In this document: positions 54,239-64,000 of the stretch, piece after piece
Layout of the letters: every line of letters starts with the position of its first letter
Position numbering within the stretch: the stretch's first letter is position 1
From: Octopus sinensis
Taxonomy: Eukaryota
DNA length: 64,000 bases
Assembly: GCF_006345805.1 (NCBI RefSeq)
Contig: NC_043014.1
Coordinates: forward strand, 53,754,001 to 53,818,000
Reading direction: 5' to 3'
Notes under the pieces: model-generated
Told to the model about the DNA's origin: nothing
Seen by the model: only the letters and a program-made list of their open reading frames with translations
Databases searched by the model: none
Position numbers and translations under genes: made by a program

Positions 54239-55702
54239 CAGACGAGGAAGTCATGTATCCACCTCTTCAGCAAGACTCTCACTCCTGCCTCCCCATCATA
54301 CTTTCGTATCCCTCGTTACTATATTCCACTTGGTTGAGGAATCTTGTCTTTTTAGACCTGGGTGACCTCCCCAGTGCTGCCACAAAAACCATCCAGTACA
54401 CTCTGTGAAGCAGCTGGCCTTCGGAGAGGTGTCCAGATGTAGAAATCAAGCTGAAGCAGACACTGGAACTTGGTGCAGCCCTTCAGCTCATCACTTCATG
54501 CCAAACTGTCCAACCCATTTGAACAGGTGTTAAATGATGATGATGATGATGATGATGATGAAATATGAAAATACTGGTTTGTTTGTTGAGATGAGATATT
54601 GAAAAAGAAGCTGGCATACCGACAAATTGCTTTCTTCTCATGTTCAAGACTGTGGGATTCAGAACCCTGTTGTCCACTGCTAGTCGTTTGTTGAGTAATC
54701 ACAGACGTTGTGGTGCTTGTACCACTGCTGGAAGTGCTACTGGAAAACACACGATTAAAACAATGAGAAACATCAAATGATTTTGTATGGATGAGGGGAT
54801 ACACATATGAAGAGGAAGGAAAAATTAAAATTCTCTTGTTTTTAGGAAAAAATATTCATAATAAAATGAAACAGATGTATTTCTGATTTCACAATGTCCT
54901 CTTCAGCTTCATTACCTCAATCCTCTTCCCCATGTCTCATCCTTCCTTTAATATTTGCTGTAGGTTCTCATTACACAGCCAGCCTTTAATAGTTTTCTTC
55001 ATTAATTTACATAACTTTGCTGTGTATTCAATGATCAAACTCACCAGGTCGATATCTTTTATATCCTCGCAAAGAACAGTGGTTGTCGTCAGCATAATTA
55101 AGACAAATAAGTGAACAGTTCAGCTCTTGTCTCCTCAACTGTTTATCTTTGTACACTCAACAGTTAATAGGTACCATGAAGAGGAGGTGCCTTTCAAAGA
55201 ATTAGAATTTGCCTCTTACCCAGAGAAAGAAAACAAAAAATTTAAGCTTAATGTCCAGAGGATAGATGTTCTGGAGATGAAGGACTGAACAAAATTATTT
55301 GAGCAAAGGTAGAAAGGAAGAGAGATAAGAGAAGGAGAGACAGATGTGTCCAAGGTGGACTTAGGTAAATGTGGTAAGTAACTTGCTATTTCAGAGTAGA
55401 AGGTTATATTTTGTTGTCTTAATCTGTAGAATGTTTTAGATTGTAAATAGCATCAATTTAAAACCTTGGCCAGTTACATCTTACTTAGACTGAGTTTTCA
55501 TATAGAATTACAATGAAAAGAGAAGATGGAACTTTCATGCCTTTCCTAATGCCATCATTAGACACATACAGCTCTTGCTAAATATCTTTAAAAAATATAT
55601 AAATTTGATTTAAATATAAGAAAGAAAAGAAGACCTTTACCTTTTCGATTCTGGTAGATTAGGGGACGCTGTGGGTGACACAATGTGAGTAGTTGCCAAC
55701 AT
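46259..55702 (-). CDS. PKNOX: PKNOX/PREP TALE-class homeobox protein, 9 coding exons, 612 aa as read
   Basis: MEINOX/HR1-HR2 ([16 protein letters not shown]; [26 protein letters not shown]), TALE homeodomain ([44 protein letters not shown]) and post-[10 protein letters not shown] motif are PKNOX-type, not MEIS-type. Exons sum to 1839 nt in phase. Confidence 0.92.
46785..47028. repeat. Fold-back inverted repeat, about 112-bp arms, 20-nt loop
   Basis: 46785-46896 vs 46917-47028, about 3 mismatches. Confidence 0.92.
48398..48705 (-). CDS. PKNOX: PKNOX coding exon 8 (helix 3 and post-HD region)
   Basis: (W)[42 protein letters not shown]...NMETAT+T|gtaagt; 3' end could instead be an internal phase-1 donor near 48543. 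Confidence 0.9.
49764..49840 (-). CDS. PKNOX: PKNOX coding exon 7 (TALE loop PYP, helix 2)
   Basis: [25 protein letters not shown]+W; gtaagc donor. Confidence 0.97.
50431..50576 (-). CDS. PKNOX: PKNOX coding exon 6 (homeodomain N-arm, helix 1)
   Basis: (A)[48 protein letters not shown]. Confidence 0.95.
50752..50893 (-). CDS. PKNOX: PKNOX coding exon 5
   Basis: [47 protein letters not shown]; tttcag|...|gtaaat; phases 0/1 fit. Confidence 0.87.
51624..52286 (-). CDS. PKNOX: PKNOX coding exon 4 (MEINOX-B/HR2 plus long low-complexity region)
   Basis: [40 protein letters not shown]...[20 protein letters not shown]; 221 codons. Confidence 0.95.
52975..53360 (+). mobile_element. tRNA-derived SINE with CORE-like segment (GGCATCTTGGGCAAGTGTCTT); copies at 31455-31640 and 58675-59030
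   Basis: Shared ggttcagtcccactgtgtggcac..gggcaagtgtcttct..gtgagtggatttggtagacggaaact and 3' cagcatggccgcagtcaaatgactgaaacaag. Confidence 0.8.
53563..53734 (-). CDS. PKNOX: PKNOX coding exon 3 (MEINOX-A/HR1)
   Basis: (R)[57 protein letters not shown]|gtaagt. Confidence 0.96.
54620..54739 (-). CDS. PKNOX: PKNOX coding exon 2
   Basis: (S)[39 protein letters not shown]+R; CAGTAG acceptor; gtatgc donor. Confidence 0.88.
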
Positions 55703-55768
55703 TGGAGGAGTGTTTTGGTAAGTGGTGGGTAACACCACTTCTATGACCCATCTGGACTAAAACATCAC
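55641..55768 (-). CDS. PKNOX: PKNOX exon containing the start (first in-frame ATG 55702; 5' part is UTR or miscalled, see findings)
   Basis: Acceptor gtgtag| at 55769; [20 protein letters not shown]+AG|gtaaag; phase 2 matches next exon. Confidence 0.72.
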
Positions 55769-57339
55769 CTACACAACAACAACAACAGCAAATAAAAATA
55801 ACCTTCAAGCTACCTCTGTGTGAATTATGATATTAAATTATATTTACAAGAATGAAATGACAATTATCAATGAAAAAAATTGTGATTTTTTTTATTTATA
55901 ATTTATTCTTTTTACTTCTTTTGTTAACCTACTGTCATTAGCATTTGACATTTCTAAAACGTACCTGAGATTTATGACAAGTGAATTAACATTCACGACA
56001 GGTGAAGTGTTTCATTTTCTCGGGTGTTTCTTGATAAGAAATCACGATAACTGGGTGTATTGTATCACTGCACGACACAACTCATTGTTGTATCTCAGAA
56101 AAGGACATTGGTAGGCATTCTGTTTCTCTATACGGTTAAGTGTGCAGTTAGAATATGGTATACAGCCTGGCAGAGCCTCTACACGGTTATTTGACATACT
56201 AGAGATAGCAGCCAAATCTCCCTCAGACCACACTCCAGTTTTAGAAAAGGACATCCTGGGTTCCTTGCATGTAGGAAAACATGGATTGTCATGGCTGGAA
56301 TACCTTTGATCATAAATCTGTCCAATCAAGGCTAATCAACAACTATAACCTGTAGTTAAACATTAGCCTCTCCACGTGCCTCATTGCCAGGCATCATCAT
56401 AGATCTGTAGCCACCCACCTCCACCTACACCAAAATGGTGATGGCTATGTCTTATACCCAACCACATTAAATTTATGCCATGCCTCTCCTTTCCTCATTT
56501 TATAGGGATGATCACTCGTTTCCCTTCAGATCAAAGACAAACTACTTTTTCCAGTGGCCGATTATTTTAGTTCTTGTACAGAAATCTCTTGAATGAAAGA
56601 AAAGTCAGTTGCTGGACAAATGCCTTTCCCAGCTTTTTTGTCAGCAGGCTTCATCAATCATGGACCCCACAGCCTCCTCTCCCTCACACAACTTTCTGTA
56701 ACCATTAAACATGTTCTCTCTCTCTTTCACTTTTTTCAGATGTCACCAAATGTTCATAGCTTTTGTTTTCTTCATGTGATGACCAATGAATCATACCTTT
56801 TGATATTATTAACAAGTTTTCTGCTTGTTTCTTCTGTTCATTGATGGACTTTAACATTTGTAACCATCAATACAGAATATCTTCAGTTTATGTCTTAGGA
56901 ATCATGTCTCTACACAATCGATAAGCTTTTGCCTTTGTTTGTTGCAGTTCCAGGTCACACATCCCCGCCTAAGAATGGCTCCCACACCTGATCCAACGAC
57001 TCTGCTTTTTCAGATTCGTCAAAAGTCATGTGGTCACTCAGGCTACAAGAAATAGCAGCCAATTCTTTTTCAAACCACACACCCTTCCTTCTTAAGACAT
57101 TGACACATTAGACAATGTTGTCCTCGATATGCCTTTCAACATTGGTCTGCTTCACTGGAGCCAAGCTACATGTAAACAACAATCAAATGCTTCAGTCAAT
57201 TCGGAAGCTCCTACATGGCAGCCCAACATGCTCGTAATAGCAGCCAGACTCTTTCCCAATTCATTCTTTACTGCTTTTTGTTTTTTCTTTAAGGAAAGTC
57301 ATATCAAATAATACAGTCAGAGATGCGAAATCATGAGAG

Positions 57340-58535
57340 ACAGTTGGATGGAGTAACTTTAGATCAATGAGTTGAACATAGCATTTCCTGTAAATCAGAT
57401 TGCCCCAGGATCCAAGCAGACAAATGCAAAAGGTGTCGCTCTGGAGGATGGTGAGGGAGATGCACTGAAACAGCCATGGCAGCTCACAGGGTTTGCACTT
57501 GTGGACAGCCATCTTTGCCCCGATAGCGGTGAGCAGGAATATGGTCCGGGGCTGCTAAGAACACTAGAAATCTCCACTGCAACAGGCGCTCAACCGATAC
57601 CTTGACAGTTTGCTTTCTCAGCCTGGACTGATAGTTACTGCTGGAGAAGGTACCACAGCACGTGGCATCCCAGATGAGGGGCCTACCACCACAGAACACA
57701 AAAATTGTCAAACTGTCAGGCCTTTTACTGTCCCCTCGGTCTAGATCTGCTGGCTCAAGCTGGGAAGGGAAACCTGTGGCATCTAGGCCATGCTTTATGA
57801 TTTTATTAAGAGTGACATTGTGTGGAAGGCGGCCAGCACTATGATGGCCGGACAGTGGGTGGAGGCTGAAAGAATTCACAACGGATCCGCATTCATAAGG
57901 TTCACAGATCAAGAGAGCAAGCTTCAAGGAAACAGAGACAGTGGCTATCAAGCTGAGTGCCAGTCGAGAGTGATGACACCGCATTGAGCCAAGCTCTGCT
58001 GTGAGGCTCAGAAGCAGAGTGGAACCTGCCAGACGGTGCTGGTCAAGTCAGCACACTAACTCATCCGTGATCATGCTGTATTGGATGGCATCCCATTTCT
58101 TTTGAGGGGACCAGATGTCCACAGAGGGGAGAGAGAGGATGGACGTCAGAAGGGTGCAGGCTGAGCTGGTCCCATCTCACGTGTGCCACTTCAGGTTCTC
58201 CAATCAGATGGTCCAGATGTGTTGTGGAGATCCCAGTTAATGGCAAGAGGTCACCCAGAGAAAAACCAAGAGAGGCAGTGAGTTTGGAGATTGCAGGCTG
58301 AGCCCCCATATTTGATGGGTAAGGTGGCCAGTTGCCGTGAAGGGTCATTGAAATGAACGTTGCATAAATCTCTTCAGCTGTCTGCTGGATACAGGCATCA
58401 AGGTCCATAAGGAGAGGTCTGTGGCTGTAGCAAGTGGCCCTGCAGAGGGTATACAATAGCCTCAGCATGGTGAAGCAGTTTCTTAACAGCAACAGTGCTG
58501 GGTGGGCACCTATCACATTCAATCTGTCTGTCAGT
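57340..58535 (-). mobile_element. CRE-clade non-LTR retrotransposon 3' half (thumb, zinc knuckle, restriction-like endonuclease), decayed
   Basis: LLLLRNCFTMLRLLYTLCR..; LEPADLDRGDSKRPDSLT..GRPLIWDATCC; WLFQCISL. Confidence 0.82.
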
Positions 58536-59179
58536 CTTTTAAGTTGGCAAAGCTTAGACCTGAGTGTGGTGTGTATGGCAGGAAAGGATTGCCAAGGCCA
58601 TTGTTAGAATGCCAAAGAACTCTTCAACCGAGGCCGATCTGGGGTTGAATAGCAACCCAAATATACAAATGTGTAGGTGCAGGCGTGACTATGTGGTAAG
58701 AAGTTTGAGTCTTAACCATGGGTTCCTGGGTTCAGTCCCACTGTGTGGCACCTTGGGCAAGTGTCTTCTACTAAAGCCTTGTGAGTGGATTTGATAGACG
58801 GAAACTAAACGAAGCCCATCGTGTGTGTCTTTGAGTTTGTGTTTGTCCTCTACCACTGCTTGACAACTGGTGTTGGTGTGTTTACGTCCCTGAAACTTAG
58901 CGGTTCGGCAAAAAAGAAACCGATAGGCTAAGTGCCAGGCTTAAAAAATAAGAACTAGGGTCGATTCGTGCGACTAAAATCCCTGCAGGCAGTGCTCCAG
59001 CATTGGCGCACTCTAATGACTGAAACAAGGACAAGATCTCCTCGTGCCCAGACAAAACTCTTTCCATTAAATGCCTGGACTGGTTAAGTTTTGTGTGAAA
59101 TTTAAAAAGGAAGTGTTTTTCTAATTATTAAAAATGTTAGGTTATTTTTGAAAGAAACAGAGTTGAAATGAGTTGTTGT

Positions 59180-62100
59180 GTGGCCCAGAATCAGTCCCGA
59201 TCGAGCAGACTTACGATCGAACCCGTTCCAAAGCATGATTCGAGGGAATTTGGCTGTTATTTCTAGCCTATCGAACAACCGTGTAGAGTTGACCTCGTTG
59301 GTATATAAAATAGGTTACACGCTAACGAGCAAGTATCTATATTCGACCTGCTAGAAATAGCAGTGAATTTTTACTATTACACTCGTCTCCAAACTCTGAT
59401 TAGCAGACTTTCAGAATTGTTTTCACTACCTTATGAAGAAGTTAAAGAAATTGGGTGATTATTTCCTTCTCTAAAAGAATTTTTTGTCCAAAAAATTTGA
59501 TTTTCTACAGTTTGTGTCTAACCACAAATTTCGTTCCCTTTACTGGTAAATTTTTACAATTACACTGACTCACGAGACGAGTGTAACTGAGAAAATACAA
59601 AAATTAAATAGTTTCCTCTTCAGTCACAGCCAGCCATGTCAGCAAAAAAAAAAAAAACTTACGCAAAGGAACAACTTTAATCATAAATCAGCTTGATGAG
59701 GTTGACCTAGGGCTAAACAACACAATTAAATAAACCAAGATACGAAAATACGGATATCTATACAAAAGCAGAATTAATTGGTTTCTTTAATTAAGTTAGT
59801 AATTAAATAAACAGAGCAGAAACATTATTTGCAACAATATATGTAATTAATAATTATAATCAACGTTCACACATGACGTAGATTTAGTTGCTCTTAATTA
59901 CAAAACATTGGTAGAAGTGTAGTTTGGTGCGTGAAATTCCTTCAGAGCCAAAGGAATAAGAAATAACCATCAGAATTCCTCCCAAATATAAATTCGTTTA
60001 AGGCTTTTTTTTTTTCACTAACCATTGATATTAAATTTTATGTTAAAGATTTTTATAATGAATTTCTGCTTCTAAAAAGATACAAATGAAAGGTTCATTA
60101 GTAGAGTTTTACAACAACTACAAACATACCCATACACACACGAAACACGAGGAGAAGAGGGGCTCTAGAGTCAATAGATCTTCTAGAAATAGCAGCTAAA
60201 TCTCCCTCAAATCACATCCTATCCACCGAAAGAAAAGGAAGGACACACTGTACAATATAGTCCTAGATAGACAAAATAATAACACGAGCCAACAAATGGC
60301 AATTAATTTAATAGAAACTTTGGGACAAAATGTTTGCAGTATTTTCAATGGGTCTTTATATTCTGAGTTCATATCTCATCGTCGTCCACCTCGTCTTTTA
60401 GTCTTCCGGGGTCGATTTAATATTTCTACAACATATCCAAGATGTAAATAGAATTAGAATAGAATAGAAGACTAGGAAACCTCTCCGCAATCAGAGCCGA
60501 TCGTCAAAGAAAGGAAGAACACGTGAATTATGTGGTCTTAGTATCTCAGAAAAAGACCAGATGGCCATGTCTGGAAAGGCTTTGATCATATACATATGGA
60601 CAATCAGGGTTTGCCCTATGGGCTAAACAACAACACGTAGACGAAGATGGGAGCGAATCCATGCGAGAGTTAAAATAGATAAAATAAAACAGTTGTGTGT
60701 TTGGGTCCGATTTCGATTCTAAAAGTGACAAAAGTAAAAATGATTCCAATAGAAAAGGCCGAAAAGTAAATGTGTAACGGCTGCATTTCCTCAAGAACTG
60801 TTTGGTTTGTCATTTGTGTTGGAATTTGATTTCCATCTCCCTCCCATGGTGTTGAGATGTAGTATTTAGTATATTTTACAATATATAAACATTATCTGAT
60901 TCACAACTATTCGGAACCAAGCTCGCTCGGTCTGTTTAAAATAGCAGCCACATCTCCCCTGTAAAAGGTCATTCATTCAACTTCTAGGATAAATTTAATG
61001 CATTTTTGATGTGAATACAATTATAATATAGTCCGAAAAGCCACTCCAATGACAAAGGAAAGAAGACTGGACGGTCACAGAACTTTGCTGTTCAGAATTA
61101 TTCCATCTTTGGTTTTGATTCACGAAATAAATCAAATAAATTTTTCATGAATGATACTGAAATGTTCAAGAGTTTTCATCTCTCTCATCTGGGAACATAA
61201 CTGATGATTTGAAATAGTATTTCAGTCGATTCTGAAGGTTCTTCTAATAATATATTTTAATGTCTGAAACTTTTTGGTGACGAGACAGAAACTTTTTGCT
61301 GAAAATGTTTGAAACTTGTCATCAATTTGTCAGACATGTGGAGTCCCGATTTTTGTAAAAAGATATTTACCCTTGTGGAGTGGAATGCAACGTGCTTTTA
61401 GTTTAATTATTTATTTAGCCTTGCCCACATTATTATAAAACTTGAGTTTTAGAAAAAAGAATAAAAAACGATCTAATGAAGGTTTTTTAAAAAACATTTT
61501 AAATGTTTCACTGCATATTCTTGTTAACGATTTTTTAAAATTATAAATTCCAACACAGGATTTTTGCTGAAATCCTCAAATTAAATGAAGACAAACCAAA
61601 ACACATTTTTATTGGAATAAATAAACTATTAGAACTTTTGATAACAAATACTTAAAGGGTTTAAACGATCGCAAAGTGAAATATTGACGGTAAATTTAAG
61701 TCCAGGATTATTTATTGTTTGTGATAATTACACAAGGTGCGTGTTTGTGTGTGTGAATATGTTTACTTCGGGGTTTCTTACGTTTGTAATATCTTTTTTT
61801 TTTTCGTGCAAAATACTTTTGGAATGAACATAAATAAAATAGCAGAAATCTTTAAAAGAACTTTGAACATAGGTCTACGGTTCCATCTCGATCCTAAACC
61901 TGATCTGGGTCCAAACATCAACTAATATCGCCATTTTTTCAAGAAGGCACTTAACTGATTAATTAAAAATTGAATTATTTTCGGCAATTAATTAGAGAGA
62001 CAAGATTAGGAAAAAGAAAACAAAGCAAAGAATACAATGGTTAATTAGGGGAGAAAGTTGATAGAAAATAATAAACGCTGATTCCCGAAGTTAGAAGAAT

Positions 62101-62910
62101 AAACCTGTGCCAACGAGAGGACCCCTACGTGTTCATTTGATGTGCTAGAAATAACAGTCAAATCCCTCTCGAATCACAGATCAAAAGAAAAGACGAATCG
62201 TGTGAAGTCGTCCGAGATAGAATCGTGCAAAAACAAATGGGATGGTCACTTTTAGAATTGCTTTTAATCATGGGGCTGTCTGTCGGAGGTAGACCTGGGG
62301 CTAAACAACAATCTTCCTCGAGTCCACCCAGCCACCCTTATATTTGAAAAGAAGGACACATTAAATACTGCATCGTCCCAGATAGGAAGATATTGTGGCG
62401 AGTTGGCCACGGTTGGTCTGTCTACGAGAACTGACCGGAAGGAAGCGGACTGGAATAAACAGCAACAATCAGCCAACGAGGGAAACCACGCGGTCCTGCT
62501 AGAAACATCAGTCAAAACCACATAGGAAACAGATAAGTGCTGTACATATATGATGGGACAACAAAGAGGGGATGGCCACGGCTGGGACACTACTGATAGC
62601 TCTATCTCTGCAATACTCTGTCAATCTGATTCGATCTCATCTCCGGGTTTATATGAAGACTAGAACGGGGAACTCAACAACAAGACGAACCAACGAAGGA
62701 GCGGACCTCCACCCGATCAATCGACCTGCTAGAAATAACAACCAAATTACCCTCAAATCACACCAGACTGACTTTGAAAATAAAAAAACGGACGGAAGGA
62801 CAAATCGGATGAGGAAATTGTGGATTAGGATTGCACTATGTCTAACACATGAAGAAGGAAGAAAGAAAAAAAGAAGGGATGGTCACGAGTGGAACATTCG
62901 ATCATAGGTC
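59180..62910. repeat. Cluster of an abundant dispersed repeat (core GCTAGAAATAGCAGCCAAATCTCCCTCAAATCACACC); about 15 copies in the window, also near 19635, 29812, 37736, 40310, 48023, 56199, 57046
   Basis: Recurrent diverged motif, often with ttgacctggggctaaacaacaac; family not named. Confidence 0.7.
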
Positions 62911-63123
62911 ATGCCTGCTGCCCTGCTCCCGATGTCGGGGCTGACCGAAGCGGGGGCGGCAGGGGGGGGAGGGCGAAAAACAACAACAACATCAATAAAG
63001 GGAAAGAGAGAGAGAAAGAAAGAGAGAAAGAAAGAATGAGAGAGAGAGAGAGAGAGAGAGGGAGCGAGTGAGGGAATGAAATGTGGTTCTCTCCACTCTG
63101 TATATAAATATATATATGCGTTA

Positions 63124-63154
<31 letters not shown>

Positions 63155-63278
63155 CAGATATTATTATTATTATTATTCTGACGATGGTGTTATTGCTTGA
63201 TATGCGAGAGACAGACAGAGACAGAGACACAGGCAGCGACGCACACACGCACGGTAGGCAATTTAATTGGAGGCTCAC

Positions 63279-63335
63279 CTCACTAACAGACGCTGTCACT
63301 CTTCGTCAAAATGGCGGGCGGCGATCATCACTGCA
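63279..63335 (-). other. PKNOX: Putative non-coding first exon of PKNOX (5' end approximate)
   Basis: AG|GTGAG donor at 63278 directly downstream of a CpG-rich promoter motif cluster; YY1-like CCGCCATTTT at 63307-63317. Confidence 0.6.
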
Positions 63336-63385
63336 CCCGCCCCGATCACGTGGCTCAATGACGTCAGCGCAGGCGGTGCCAATAA
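63336..63385 (-). promoter_or_regulatory. Core/proximal promoter: GC box 63336-63343, E-box CACGTG 63347-63352, CRE TGACGTCA 63359-63366, CCAAT 63379-63383
   Basis: Four canonical motifs in 50 bp in a CpG-rich patch of an AT-rich window, correctly placed upstream of the minus-strand donor. Confidence 0.75.
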
Positions 63386-63603
63386 GCTTCGCCGTTCTCT
63401 CAGACTCACGTCTTGTGATTTTTTTACTTTTTATTGTTTCACCTTTTTTATTTCGTTTATGTTTTGTTTTATTCATTAAAATCTCTTTATTTATTTTATT
63501 TTTTTTTTGCAATATTTTTGTGGGACCCAGAAAGGCTGTTCTCGAGTCTTGAAATGTCTTGTCCCGTTTGTGATGGACATTATTATTATTATAATCATTA
63601 TTA

Positions 63604-63779
63604 GTACTTTATTTTATCGACCCCAGAGAACGCCAGGTAAAGTTGACCTTGGCAAAATTTGAACTAATGATAATAATAATAATAATTATTATTATTATTA
63701 TTATTATTATTGTTTTTAGTTCAAATTTTGCCAAGGTCAACTTTACCTGGCGTTCTCTGGGGTCGATAAAATAAAGTAC
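63604..63779. repeat. Perfect 64-bp inverted repeat around an (AAT)n(ATT)n centre
   Basis: 63604-63667 is the exact reverse complement of 63716-63779. Confidence 0.95.
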
Positions 63780-64000
63780 CAGTCAGATATTGAGGTCGGT
63801 CGTTTTTGACTGACCCCCTTCCTCCATATTGCTGGCGTTGTGCCAAAATTAGAAAGTGTTAATTATTTATAAAATATTAATAAAACCCAACGATATCTTT
63901 ATTATTTTACTGGTTTTAGGTCCTTGGAATGCAGCCACGTTAGGACCCTAACTTTAAGCGTTTTAAATTACCGTACCGACACCAGAACATATTTCAGTCT

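Noticed and set aside
61200-61220. CTGATGA...GAAA hammerhead
   Set aside because: No stem II or stem I pairing possible.

Overview
Eukaryotic, AT-rich, repeat-dense genomic DNA. The SINE/LINE families and microsatellite load suggest an octopus-like coleoid cephalopod (inference). Two convergent multi-exon genes explain the coding signal. (1) On + (823-43393) are 22 phase-consistent exons of an MRP1/ABCC1-like ABC transporter, about 1205 aa in the window. TMD0/L0/TM6 lie upstream of the window. The NBD motifs are intact but the substrate-pocket helices are unusually diverged. (2) On - (ATG 55702 to stop 46259; putative non-coding exon 1 and promoter at about 63279-63385) is a TALE homeobox gene of the PKNOX/PREP class with 9 coding exons, 612 aa. 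Introns hold fragments of RTE, R4/Dong, CRE and CR1-type LINEs, mariner and DD37D (maT) transposons, tRNA-derived SINEs, MITEs, degenerate hammerhead-ribozyme repeats, mini/microsatellites and several near-perfect inverted repeats. Most entries of the supplied ORF track are microsatellite or TE translations. Best leads: a 124-codon open frame sitting +1 behind the PKNOX stop (TCA-TGA), a minisatellite carrying about 30 TGACAG TALE-factor sites next to the PKNOX gene, a CpG promoter-like island with outward-facing splice donors inside the largest ABCC intron, and an intronic repeat array that appears seeded from an exon end. All coordinates were read by eye; no alignment or database search was run.
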